A DNA stretch of 62,978 nucleotides, counting the filler, from Reticulomyxa filosa (Eukaryota; Protista; Foraminifera), in assembly GCA_000512085.1 (NCBI GenBank). It is 14 parts of 14 records of this genome, joined end to end, with 100 filler letters (N's around TTAATTAATTAA, not from the genome) between each part and the next. Parts side by side here need not be neighbours in the genome. Positions count along the whole stretch, not along the records: positions 1 to 4,343 come from ASPP01027937.1; positions 4,444 to 11,340 come from ASPP01001850.1; positions 11,441 to 12,968 come from ASPP01002280.1; 11 more parts are not named here. One strand, given 5' to 3'. A model generated the notes under the pieces. It made no database searches and had not been told where the DNA came from. It saw only the letters and a list, made by a program, of their open reading frames with translations. The first letter of the stretch is position 1; each line of letters begins with the position of its first letter. Below, one piece after another: positions 1 to 13,068 of the stretch. Position numbers and translations under genes: made by a program.

Positions 1-314
1 CACGCTCACGTCTCAGTCCGCCCTGTATGTTAAAAAAACATTTATGCATTAAAGGGGAAGCAGTTCCAAGATGATATTGATACAAATTCTTTCAACGGAT
101 ATGTGTGTATGTATACCACGGAGCCGCTGGTATTTGTTTCAGTGACGATAATTTGTTCCATCCACTCAGAAGCGCTCGCATCTATGTCTGCGTGCTTGTT
201 TGTTGATAATTTCAAAAGCATTCGACGTTTTCGTTGCCAAATGTATATCCATTTGCGCAAGAAGATATCAAGTTCATGATTTGACAATGTTCTCAAAACG
301 ATATGATGAGACAT
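1..314 (-). CDS. Hypothetical protein, 5' exon(s), runs off window start
   Basis: ATG at 314 opens a 90-aa ORF; a possible acceptor near 25 (cag|GGCGGACTG); no family recognised. Confidence 0.3.
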
Positions 315-1105
315 CGATTTGCTCTTGAAATAAACAGAAGGGTATCATGATCTTAGTTTTTTTAATTTTAGTACGTAACGAAATTTGCACTTGGTTAAGT
401 TGTGCAAAAAACTTTACTACAAATAATATCTTAAAAAAAATTATAAAATTTACTTTAGAAATGATTATATTTGATCCAAAGATAAAATATTAATACGTAA
501 TGAAAGAAGATACACGATTAAATTATTAGTAAAAAATTAAAATAATTTACTTTGATATTTTAACGACAGCATTATCCTCGATTCAAAAGGAGTTTTTCCT
601 TTCTCTCGAAGGCACCACAAATCGCAGTATTTTGTTATCATTTAAAAATTAAGGGAAATACCGATACTACTCTAATCTACAAAAATATAACTGCAATATT
701 TCTCAAATTATATTTTTTCTTCTGCAGTTGGTTGTTTGAAAGATGTAATATTAACCCGATATCGATCAAGTGAAAACCAACCCAAAAATATAAATTATGT
801 GTATCCAACTCGATAAAATTTTAGTTTTAATAAACTCTAAAAGATTCTTAAAAAAAAACACTCTAAAAAACTTTAAACATTCCCTTCTTCTAATTTTTCA
901 TAACAATAAAGTGGAAAAAGCCAAATCGTGGACAATCAAACAGGAGAAAACGAAACTCCAAGAAAGGAAGAAAAAGAAAGTGACAAAAAAAAAAAAAATG
1001 AACACAAAAAAACAGACGAAAAGGTCCTTGTATATAAAGCTGCAAGAGCAACAGAAAAAAAGAAAAAGGATTGATGCAAATGAAACTTCAGAAACAAAAA
1101 AGATG

Positions 1106-4100
1106 TTAAAAATTAAGAGTTGGATACAACAAAATAAAATATATATTATCAATCACAAAACAAATTGGCTTCATTGTTTGATGATCCTGAAACAATGGTC
1201 CATATGTTTGAGGATGTTTGAAGGAGTAATTGCAATATTTGGAGTAGCTGTGGCAATTGTTGGAAGATAGTTGCAATTTGTTGAGATGGAGTTTACAATA
1301 CGAACTGTTTTGTCCACGCGTGCAGAGATTGCGTTGGCTATGTGAATATTTTTTCATAAAATCAATATCAATTTTTGAATAATCATTAATTGATGATTTT
1401 ATATTTTTTAATTCAATACAATTATCTTTGTCTTTGTAGTGAATCATCTTTGGAAAAAGTGTATTTTAAAGTATGAAAAATTAAAAGAAAATTTGACATG
1501 AAGTAATCTAAGATAATATTGATGCGTAATGAAAAAAGAAACGTGATTAAATTTGACTTATTTGGAAGATTCAGTAAACAAAAATTAATAAATTCATTTT
1601 ATTTTTTCAACAACACTCAAAATTATCTGGGAATAAGAGTTGCATCATTACCAGACATAAGATTGATGCAATTACTTGCTTTTGCAACAAGAGTTTGTGC
1701 CATTTCATTATATATTTCTTCATATTCTACTTTCAATTGTTTTGAAGAAATTTGTGTTGTTGCATTTGATATATTTAACGTGTTTCCACCTTTTACTCTG
1801 TTCTAACTTCCGTTATACTCGGATTTTTCTTCATTAATGATAGTATTGTAATTAGTTTTATTAAATACAAAACTTTTGCATTCTTGATTACGAGACCATT
1901 AATAAACAACATTACCCAAACGAATTCGATATCTAAAATTGTGACTTCTCATATAACAATTTTCTGCACCTTTTTGAATTGGACGATATGGCCAACCTTT
2001 TACCATTAATGATGCATTTCCCTCACGAGGGAGATTATTATCATCACTACAATATAACTGCGTCATACTCTCATTAATATCATTATCTTTCAATATTGTT
2101 GTATTCTTAATGTATTCCTTCAACCATTCTTTGTTTTTATCAATATCTAGACCATTTGATTTAAAATAAGCAACTAAATAAGGTTGAATTAATGCACCAT
2201 TCTTTGGATGGGGTGTATTGGATGGAACTGTGTCTATCCATCAATTATCTACTCGCACTAAAATAAAATCCAATTTTTTATACAAACTCAAATAAATACA
2301 AGGCGAGAGAATTGACAGCACCCTCCTAATATCAATATATGCACCTTGGTCAATACAATAACGAGCAACATCCCAATGTTGGTGATTGATTGCTAAATGT
2401 AATGGAGTTTGTCGATATTCATTACATGAACCATTTATAAATATCAGGATGATTTTGCAATATCAATTTGAATTTTAACAAGTCTCCTGATTTTGCTGCT
2501 TCATGAACAACCATCCTTTGTATATATTCTCATCATTACAAACTTCTTCAATTTCGTTATTCAAACAAGGATATTCAATATCTCTGTCAATATACTATTA
2601 TTCCACTTTGATTGATGAGTTGAGAATTTTTATTCAATGGCTTGTTCATCACAATATCTGATTAACTCATTCAAAGCATCGAAATTGGTATTATTGTCAT
2701 CACAGCTCAATTGAATACGAGGATTGAATGTCGTCAAACAAAATACCAATAATTGAATGTCCGTGTCGTTGGCTGTTTTACGACTACAATTATTTGAATT
2801 CTCTTTGTTCATCAATGTATTTTCATTTTTAGTTTGGATGTTTCTTTCAATCAATAAATTGTTGCACATTTCCACATACCTTCGGATATTTGATAGTGTA
2901 CCTTGAACATACGATTCACATTTCTTTTTTACTCTTTCTGACAAATATATCGCCAACAAATACAATTGTTTGTCATTCAATTTTGTTGAAATTGTTTCAA
3001 GTGCTTTTTTACATAATGCACGAATATATTTATGTTCATCTTTTGCTCGAATTGCCTTTTATTTAATTTCATTGAAAGAAACCCAATAGATTCTACATAC
3101 AATTTTCGATTCTCTTTATTGTTACGTTTGAGTCCATTAATCAAACATGTGGAAACAGAGTCGATTTGTGTTTCATTCAATTTCATTACAAGTCCTTCAA
3201 GTAAATCTCTGGATGTATAACAATCATATCCATTTATATTTTGAAACCCATCAATCAAACATTGAAAAATAATATCCAATTTTTTATCATTCCATTTTTT
3301 TGAAAGTGTTACAAGTGATTCTACACATGAGCACCGAACACTCGAATCACTATCTTTTAATCCATTTGGAAAATATTTCGATGATGCTTTTCAATATTTC
3401 ACATTTGATTCACTGCAATTGTCACAAGTAATTCTGCACATTTCTTACATACATCTGCATCATTTTTGTCAGTGAATATATCCATTGAAGAGTAAAAAGC
3501 TTCATTCAATTGTTATAGATCAGCGTATTTATCATGTTCAGCTATCCCTTCACAATTTAATCTACTAATTAAATAATTAAAAGCATTATCAAATTGTCTT
3601 CCAGGAAATTTCACAGTAATTACTGCAACTGTCTCACATACATACCAAAACGCACTATAAGAGGCATCTATATCATTAAATATATCTATTAAAGAATTGA
3701 AAGCGTCAATCAATTATATTCCATTTCATTGAGATTTTTTCAAGTAATTCTGCGCATTTTATACGGACATCATCGTCTTTTTTTTCACCAGATAATTGAT
3801 CAACCAAACATTTAAAGATATCATCTAACTGTCCTTCTTTCAATGTCATTATAAATTGAGTCGTACCATAATACAAACTATAAAAATATGAAGGAAGCCT
3901 ATAAATCAAACATTGGAATGCATTATCCAATTGTTTTCCTCCCAGTTGTGATGAGATCGTTGCAAGTGCGTGTGCACAATCACTACAAATTGTAATTATT
4001 CCACTCTCAAAGGCATTCATCAAAAATTCAAGCATTTTATTCAATTGTTTTTCATTCAATTTCAATGCTATTTTTTCAATTAAAAATGCACATCTTTCAT

Positions 4101-4343
4101 GGATATATTCATCTTTGTCAACAAGATTGATACAAGCAATTGCCAAATAATAAGCAGCAAGCCATTCTTGAAATGTCAAATGACGGAAATACACTGAATC
4201 ATTTGGTTGTGATTCATCTTTTGATTTTGATTTTGATTCTTGTCCTTGAACAAATCCAAATGAATTGATTCTAGACATTGAGATATCACTGATATATCAT
4301 CACGTGGATATTTATTGTTGATAATATTTAATACTCTTTGTTG
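1106..4343 (-). pseudogene. Degenerate NLR-like gene: NACHT winged-helix end, HEAT/ARM-like repeats, ankyrin repeats, unknown C-terminal region
   Basis: YFRHLTFQEWLAAYYL (NACHT-associated FxHxTFQEY motif) at ~4145-4195. Repeated helical units (QLDNAFQCLI, CAELLEKISMKWN) across 2977-4140. Ankyrin motifs VVHEAAKSGD (~2485-2515) and RQTPLHLAINHQHWDVARYCIDQGAYID (~2330-2415). Broken by many frameshifts and stops. Confidence 0.75.
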
Positions 4344-4443
4344 NNNNNNNNNNNNNNNNNNNNNNNNNNNNNNNNNNNNNNNNNNNNTTAATTAATTAAN
4401 NNNNNNNNNNNNNNNNNNNNNNNNNNNNNNNNNNNNNNNNNNN
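4344..4443. other. Artificial contig-joining spacer. First of 13; others at 11341-11440, 12969-13068, 14100-14199, 28265-28364, 29365-29464, 35712-35811, 40380-40479, 41876-41975, 44171-44270, 46726-46825, 49609-49708, 51968-52067
   Basis: Identical N44-TTAATTAATTAA-N44 blocks. The 12-mer gives stops in all six frames. Genes are cut off at these points. Confidence 0.98.
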
Positions 4444-4949
4444 TTATATATGTATATATATTTTTTTTTTCGTATCTTTTGTTGAACAGCTCGCATCTAT
4501 AGAAATTTGCAATGTTGATATAGCAACGTCAGAATTTACAAAACGCACTACAGTACGCACAAAAAAATTGTTACATTGGATTTGTACTCGTTCGTCGATG
4601 AACATAAATTGGAAATACACAACGACCGAGACGCCAATGCTATTTATTCATTACAACCACATATTCCAATCAATCTAAACATTTTTTTTCATTGTTTTTT
4701 GCAAATGCATATGTTTGTGTTTGTGCATATATTTGGTTTGTGGGCTACAAACAAAAAAAGAAAAGACAGTCCAATCCAAACCATGAATGTGGACTCACAA
4801 TTGTGGAAAATGTCGCATAGCCCATCGCAGTAGAGTAAGACTAAAGGAAAAGAAAAAAAAGGCCAACGAACTCAAATTCAAATCCAGGTTGGGCTGGTGA
4901 TGATACTACCAACGTATCAACGGACTGTAATTTTACTATCAATAGATCT

Positions 4950-6100
4950 TCAATCTTTGCTTCAATTGAAAAAAACACAAAAAAATAGAAGGAAGCAGAA
5001 GATTTTGTCCACATTGACGATTGCTCTAACTCGCAAACGCACAGTATGAGTGTTGGATAGTCTCCTTTTCGCTCAAGACTTTTTTAGACAATGGCGAGTT
5101 ATATGTTCCTTCGCCAACGTGTCAATCCTGGTGAGACTAAACTTCATCAAGCAAATGCAGTGCACTAATCATTCAGTGACAAACTACCACTGTCCCATGA
5201 TCTCTAGTCCAAATGACCCATGCTGAGATGAAAAACATTAGATGTTAAAAAAACAACCAAAGTACATTAAATTGTATTTATTGACTGTATCGAAAGGACA
5301 CATCAGCATTAATGAAAGAGTTGGCAATGCACGATCACACTGTGTAAATTGGATATTATAAAGACATTGTTCTACCCCTTCAAGATTAGCGTATCTATTG
5401 AACGCCTGATTTAGTGAAGCTAATCCAGTTCGAGTCTACAGTCCCGTAGTTTTGTTCTAGTTCGCTGGAGGTATAAATTTTCTTCAATTTATCGTCATAG
5501 TTCAAAGCAACATATGACAATTTTTCATTATCACCAACTGTTGTGAAGGAATTTACTCTTTCTGTCAAGATTTTTTTCGTTATTCAATATTGTGCTAGAC
5601 CACGTAGCTTACATGCTTGCCAAGCAATCGATCTTGTTTTTTTTAGAATTGCTGATTTATGGTTATTTGTTCAGTTTTGTCTTTCTTCTTTTGTCGCTAA
5701 GTTGACTCCATTAATGTCTTCTATCGCCCGTTTGCTTCCAACGATCTTATTCTTTTCTTTTTTGATAGCAAATGCCACTTGTTCTTTATTCTTTGCTGTT
5801 GAAATAGGGACATTATAAAGAGTATATATATAACCACCACATTTTAAATATACGATTGCCTTTTAAGCCAAAATCTCACGATGGAATCTCCTTGTCCTTT
5901 TGCGTGGAAGCTATGATTGCACGAGTGTAACTTTGTTGTGTTTGCTATTTGTGATTCGTCTTCGTCGTTTTTGAATACCCGTATTCTTTTTCACTTCATT
6001 TCGATGTGTCATTAATTATCGTCATTCAGAGTATCATCTTTCTTAAACCCAACGGCGTTCATCACCTCGCATCTTTTCGATTGTGTATATTCTCTTGGTG
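4950..6100 (-). mobile_element. Highly decayed non-LTR retrotransposon RT relic (boundaries approximate)
   Basis: Minus strand reads NQAFNRYANLEGVEQCLYNIQ...LSLMLMCPFDTVN (~5280-5420; resembles Q.AF...G...D..KAFD.V), followed by a frameshifted AFA-D(D/E)-like motif at ~5140-5160. Confidence 0.35.
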
Positions 6101-7599
6101 ATAGTTCCAGCTTGATAAAGTGGATTGGGTAACTACTTCAATCTTGAAAGGTTTGATTGCTCATATTGTTAATGTTGATGAACTATGGAGTATAGATTTT
6201 TTCAAAAAAGTGAACGATATTTTTAAAAATCCAAATTTTTGATTTAGAAAAATAAAGCTGATTTTCTTATCAAAAGATTGCAATATTGTTTGTATAATGA
6301 GATTTTGTTTAAAGTGCAGAAATTTGTTTATTTGTGAAATATCCTTGAGATAAACATTTAGATCTCAAAAATTATTTTGCTTAAGTTCAGGAAAAATCTA
6401 TTGAGATTTTAACAAAAGTTTTGATTATTTTACCATTACGAAAGCTGTTGAGTTTTCAATAACAAAAAAAATTATTGCTGTCTTTTGTATCGTTTTGATA
6501 TTGATGAGGTTACAATAACATTACAACAAAAAAAAAGGATGATCGTTACGATATCATAGAACAAATTGACGTCATCCCTAAAAATAAATTACCATTTCAG
6601 AATTGAATAGAAAAATAAACAGACATTTCATAGTAAACACAAATAATTAACAAATGAGCCACGTGAATCTTTTATTTTCATAATTCATTAATGCTCCTAT
6701 TGAAACTTTTGAACCAAAAAAAGATGTAAGTTAAGAAATAGTTCAATTTCAAAAGTATTATTGTTTTTTGAACAAAAATAACGAACGACAAAAAAATTGA
6801 ATTGAATTGAAAACAAAATAATATGAAAATGAGTCAAACATTGAATTTTCGAGATGAATGCATTGATATGCTTTTATAATGCGACACAAGGACTAAATTG
6901 GAGTATTTTCTCAAGTGATTGATGTTCATTTGAAGGAGTGGTTTGTGATTCTGAAAATGGACAATCCATTGTCACTGAAATTATTATAGAAGATCAATAC
7001 TTGCTTGAGACAATACCTGATTGTGTGGCAAATCTCACCAATTTGCGACAATTTGTATTAACAAATAACTTTTTGTAAGGTTATATTTCTCCTGAAATTT
7101 GGAGATGAAAAAAAACATATAAAAAAATGATTTTTTAAAAAAATAATAGTCAAATTTCAAGATTTAGATCTTGGCATTGAATTACAATGAGTTTTCTTTT
7201 TATCCACTTTTATTTAAAAAAATATATGATGTCTGAATGTAATGCATTCCATCTTATCAGCTACATGTAACATCTACAATTTATTCGACCAAACAGATAC
7301 TTCCAGACCTTGCGATAATTGAACAACATCAATTGCTTTTATTCAAAAGCCGAACTGCTAGACCAGAACATCCACACATATTTGCCTCCTTCATGAATGT
7401 TTCAGGTAGATACAATAAGAAGAACATCAAAAAAAATAAATTCCAAAAATCATGTTATAAATCTTGTTGGCTCGAAATTGGCATTCCAGGTGAAAAAAAG
7501 CGATTATATTTTGTAGTTTTTATATAAACATTCAAAAATTACAACAAGATGCAATCAAGACTAGATACTGTCAATATTTTGTTTTGACTTGTATAAATT

Positions 7600-8680
7600 T
7601 GAAAAAGGAGTCAAATAGGCAATAAAAGTAACTGAATTTATTGTAATCAGTGTAGATTAGAATGCACACCATCGTCATGATTTGATAAAGACGTTGATTA
7701 TATTGATGAACCATTTGCAGATTTTATTATTAATAACAATTTACAAGTAATAAATTTTTACAGTCTTTCTCAAAGATTTGACAAATAGACTGAATCACCA
7801 ATTTACATCACACTATGTTTTGAATCAGTCTCAAGATGGTGCAGCAATTGGAGAACAGATGATGATGAATTGTATGTGCATTCAGATCATCTTCCAATCA
7901 CATTCAATATCAAGTCACACTGATCATCTCAAAAAGTCAAAAAACAGAAAACATAAACATTGAATTTAATAAGCGATAAATGGAATTTGTATAAATTGTA
8001 ATGAAATTGGAAGAATGGAAAAATAAATTACAATTATGCAGTCAAGATGGCCGACATTGGATTATGCTGCGGAATCTTGGACCAATTGCGTGGTGGAATC
8101 AGCAAAGCACTGAAACAATAATTATTTGGAAAGTAAATAAAACTCGTTGTAGTGATTCACTTCAATTGAAAAAGAAGTGTATTGCTGCAATGCAACTGAA
8201 AAGAAAACTCACACAGAACAAACAATAGTATTTTACCAAGAGTATCTAAAAAAAATTTTGATTGATATCATCAAATGGACATCACTGAAGATGAAGTCAT
8301 TTAAGCATGGATGTATATTTCATCTCACAAAAGCACAAAAACCATATAATATTCAAAGCTAAATGATCAAAAATAGTTTACAAGCATTTATTGATACATT
8401 GGTCGTATTATTCAATTGAGTTTCAATATTGTATGCGTTTCAATATTTTTCCGATACCAAAACCAGATCGTGATCACATCATCTGCAAGAATTACAGACC
8501 GATTCATCACTATCTGAAGTTGGAAATTATTGTGAGTGATTATTACGATTATATTGATGTGATATTTGAATGAAAATCATTATAACAATATCAAGTATGT
8601 TTCCAATCTTGGCACAGCAAATCAGAATGTTGATTAATAATGACTGAATCAATTTTTTCATCATTATGCAATGCTATTAG
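7600..8680 (+). mobile_element. Decayed LINE ORF2 fragment (APE endonuclease to start of RT)
   Basis: VISVD*NAHH (~7644-7673; GDFNAHH endonuclease motif); IFPIPKPDRDHIICKNYRPI (~8445-8505; LINE RT motifs 1-2); multiple stops and frameshifts. Confidence 0.65.
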
Positions 8681-8966
8681 ATGTGTCTTATACTAAAGAG
8701 ATGACTCCAACAATACAAACAGCTAGAAAAAGTTTTTTTGGAATGATACTTTACTTTAAAAGAAAGTTCTATTAAAAAAAAAATATACAGAGAAATGAAA
8801 GACCACTGATGTTGATGTAAAAAGAATTTTGCACTCAACACGAGCACATTATTTTCATTTGTAAGTAACTGTTTTTTTTTCGAGTCACGAGGACGCCAAT
8901 GCATCAAAAAAAAACAAAACCAAACCAAAGAACCAACAACCATACATACCAAATAAAAAAAGTATT

Positions 8967-10933
8967 TTAACAAAGATAAGAAAGAGTATTGGCACTACTG
9001 ACCGAATTGCCTTCAGTGTCAACTACATGATTGATTCCCCCATTTCCGTTTAAGAAAACGGTGAAAGCGTTGACAAAGCCGACATCGCTTGAGCCCAAAT
9101 TGGCTTGGAAGCCACTGTTGACATAGACTGTGTTATCGCGGAAGTAGGAATAAGCACCGACACCATAGGCAGCATGATGAGTGACATCGTTATTGACCCT
9201 GTACGACACATAGCCGTCAGTGCCATACTCACTGGTGACATCGTAAGGGAACTCAGATTGGTAAAAATAAGTGCTGCCATACTCGCCATTCCACTCCACC
9301 AAATTGGTTAGCGTGTGCTCCACAAATAGCCCATACGCAGTTACATTATCACCATTTACTTGCAAACCCACTTTGCACGGGTTGTCTTCATTGTACACAT
9401 TACCACTCACGCCATGATCTATCGTAACAACAAAAAAAGAACATTGTCTTTTTTATAAAAAAAAAAAAAGTATTTTACACTAACCAGCTCGCCACAGCCA
9501 AGTGTTGTCAACATAGACATTGGGCGAATTGATTTGCAACATAATATCAGTAGACACTTGATAGACGCTGGGGTCGTTTGTGCCACCAACACGCGCAAAG
9601 ATGTCATACAAGAACGAGGGATTATTGCTCGCCGCCACGGAATTTCGCACCTCTGTATTCTTCCTGGACGAAGAAGGAGGTGTGCCGAATTGGAACAAAG
9701 TGGTGGACTGGACAGGCCCCGCTTGCAGCAAAATGCCGGCAACTCGAATGCCGCCAATGCCGCTATTGATGGTGATACAGGCGTTGCCGTTGATGCTGAC
9801 CAAGGTAGGGAAGCCAATTCCCAGCACGACCGTGTTGGCGTTGGTGACGACAATGGAGCTGGTCAGGTTATAAATACCAGGACTGAGCAGTAGATGCAAG
9901 CCCTGACTTAGCTTGCTGTTGATCGTGGCCACGCTGTCCGTATCTTGGGCCACGTATACATTCGCAAAGTCGATTTGCTTAGAATTGGCAAAGGTGAACT
10001 CGGTAATTGGTCCCAACTCGTCGTACACGGGACTGGGGACAATCACAAAGTATTTGCCGCTGGTCTCGTTCAAATACAAAAACGGCTTCTCTGCGATCGT
10101 CGGCGTGAACGCCACCGTAGTGTAGGGACTGCCGCCCGAGTTGCTGCAATGTGTTCCTGGAACATTCCCCGTGTTCCCCACGAACACCATGTTCCATACG
10201 CCCCCTTGCCAGCCTCCCATCTGCGTGTTGCGCGTCACCCATTGTTGTTGACTGCCACTGTAGATGTTCCCAGTGACCACCGAGTTGGCAAGGAAGCCCC
10301 CACTGGCATAGCCTGCACAGCAGCCGTAGTTGTATTGATATAATTGCAAGTCGCCGTTGACATGCACCGAACGCAGCGGAGATGCTTGCGACACCGCCCA
10401 AAGCATCGACACGTCGTTGTTCCAAGTCTCGGTCGGACTCGTGTAAAAGTTCTCCGCGCTTCGCCAAAAGTTATCCAACGCGCCTGCCGTGTAATCAAAG
10501 TCGCCGTTTTGACACGTTACTGCACTTATCGTGGTGTCCGTCGGCGACAGGCCCAATCCCATCACCGACGTGTAATATCCCACGTTCACGTTCACGTCGT
10601 GCACTCCTGTTCGAAATAAAAATGCATATCGTCCTGAGCTGAATTGTCCGTTGAATGGGGGATTGTTCCTATGTTATTTTTGTTTTTGCTTTTGTTTTTG
10701 TTATTTTTTTTATCTTTTGCGGCTTTTTGCAATGACACACACCCTCCGTTTTGTGCAAAGACTTGGTCCACTATGGATTGAGTATAGCTGGGGTTCGCTG
10801 GGTCGAACACGTACACGTTCGACGGCCAGGTTGGAGGATTCGGCTCTGCACTGCGCACAGGAGCGAGAGAAAGGAGAAGCTCGATCACCACCGAACACAA
10901 ATATATAAAACTTGGTGAATTGTTTGATTTCAT
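8967..10933 (-). CDS. Secreted bacterial-type GH55 exo-beta-1,3-glucanase (laminarinase); 3 exons, introns 10669-10742 and 9419-9484
   Basis: N-terminal hydrophobic signal. Motifs NVYVFDP, QFSSGRYAFLF, VGYYTSVMGLG, ALDNFWRSAEN, WAVSQASPLR, ASGGFLANS, SGSQQQW, GVWNMVFVG, GLFVEH, YQSEFPYD. Removing GT-AG introns restores AQNGG|NNPP and WLWRA|DHG. Confidence 0.88.
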
Positions 10934-11298
10934 CTTTATATTATATACAAACTTGGTACAAGGGTTACCCTGAAGAGCTTTTTTTTTTGGTCTTTCTAAA
11001 ATACTCTGACCGTTTTTCAACTTACAGGACATATCATAACTATTATTCACTTCTGGCTTAGTGGATATGCAACACAAAGTCTATTGAATAACATACAAAA
11101 AACGAAAACAAGTAGTACAGAGTAAGTTTGATATTTTTCACAAAGGAGTTCAAAGCTCATTTGAGTTACTTTACAGATCAAACTCTTTCGGTCCAAAAAG
11201 ATAGAGTCAATTGAAATTTCACTTCAAACAAAAGTAGATGTAATAAAAATAAATTGTTAATTAAAGCACAATCCATTTTTTTCCATTTCGTTCCGAAT

Positions 11299-11332
11299 TA
11301 CAGTATGTTGCAAAGAAAACTGAACGCATAAA
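11299..11332 (+). repeat. Putative Tc1/mariner-type transposon end (TA + CAGT...), identical to 62821-62854
   Basis: TACAGTATGTTGCAAAGAAAACTGAACGCATAAA occurs identically in two contigs, both near contig ends; the upstream flanks differ. Confidence 0.6.
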
Positions 11333-13068
11333 ACATATCTNNNNNNNNNNNNNNNNNNNNNNNNNNNNNNNNNNNNNNNNNNNNTTAATTAATTAANNNN
11401 NNNNNNNNNNNNNNNNNNNNNNNNNNNNNNNNNNNNNNNNCTATTTTCAATTGTATCTTAATTCGACTGAACGAAACCAATTTCATCAATTTTACAAATC
11501 AAAATTTCCCAAGCTTATTCAAAGAGTTACAAAAATAAATCAGGAGTGGGTTCGATTTTATTTTGATACCCGTGTGTTTCGCTCTCAAGTGATCCCTTTG
11601 TTATCTCCTGTTTCTTGAAATTCAAACATCAAATCTTTTTTTGTGGTGTTAATGTATTCAAATTACTGTATAGTTGGAAGTTTCAATTAATTATTTTATT
11701 GATGAATGAAACGTTTAATTCGTTTCTGAATTTGATGAAAAATCTTTTTTTGTAATGAACAATGTAAAAGGTAATAATTATTTGTTTCTGTTTTTACACA
11801 GTTTAATGGGCTTTAATTTTATTTTACATTAATTAATTATGAACAATTCATAACTACAATTACAACCGTAGCTGACACACGCTGAAAAAACTTTCAAATC
11901 ACAACCAACAAAGCCCAGTTTTGCTAGCAGATTAACATGTTGGCATCTCTGATTTGAATTTCTTATCATCACATTCTTAGCTTTATTTTTTTGGAAAAAA
12001 TATATTTATTTAGTGAAATTGTTCTCATTATATTACTCTTGTAAATGATATCAAATATAATGTTAGTGCTGTTCACTTCTGCAAGTCAATATTTTTTTAA
12101 CGCAACTTGGATTATTCTTCAATTTGTTCTAAAAATTACCTTCTCTTTTAACTTGTCTAAGTTGGTGCAAAGGCAGCGTTTTACCTCTTTAACTTAAGCA
12201 AGACATGAAAGATAAAAAAAAAAAATGGAACTACCCCTTTTTAGAACACTTTGTTGATATTTCAAATAAATCAAATAAAATCTTTCATAACAACTTCAAA
12301 TCTTTGTTTAACATTATTTTTGCATATAATTCTTTTAGAATTAACAAACTTAAAAACATATTCAACTCTTTAAAAATGTGTCTTGCATGTGCTTATTTCT
12401 GAACATAATTATTTATTTAAAATATAAATATATATTTATCTAAAGAAATTTAATGTATGAATCGATGTTTTCATTTTTGATCTGAAAAAAAGAAATTTGA
12501 ATTATTAAAAAAGAATATTCACAAAAAATTTGTTGGAATAAAAATATGTTAATGAAATGACTTGTCTTCTTTATAATTTGCATGAACAATATCAAATTTC
12601 GTAATAAGCATTAAACCTTTGTTGTAAAAGACAATTCTGTTCAAAAAGAGTTGTTAAAAAAATTTTTAAAAAGTGTTGTTCATGTACTTATTTTTGAACA
12701 TAGCACACTTTATACATAAATGGTAATTTTAGTACAATTTACACAAGTTCAAACTTTTACTTTCGCTGTGCTAATAGAAAAAACTTATGACATGAAAGAG
12801 AATATGTTTAATGAAAGTTTATTGATATTACACACAAATTCAAAAAAATCATTAAGTGATTTCAAATGATTTCTTACTTTATGTCATTTCATATCACAAA
12901 TTATAGACCAACATAATTAACAACGCATTTGATAAATTTGATTCTATCATCAAATATTTACAATATGANNNNNNNNNNNNNNNNNNNNNNNNNNNNNNNN
13001 NNNNNNNNNNNNTTAATTAATTAANNNNNNNNNNNNNNNNNNNNNNNNNNNNNNNNNNNNNNNNNNNN

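Noticed and set aside
797-1270. 157-aa Lys-rich ORF
   Set aside because: Produced by A-runs, and partly antisense to the NLR-like relic.
4388-4399. Repeated palindrome TTAATTAATTAA as a biological repeat or CRISPR-like array
   Set aside because: Always centred in 100-bp N blocks, so it is an artificial six-frame stop linker. Gene adjacency across these spacers is meaningless.
9050-10908. Many overlapping alternative-frame ORFs in the GH55 gene
   Set aside because: Shadow frames of a GC-richer coding region; no motifs.
11441-12968. Contig 3 as a possible gene or element
   Set aside because: Very AT-rich, with no convincing ORF, repeat or RNA structure that I can see.
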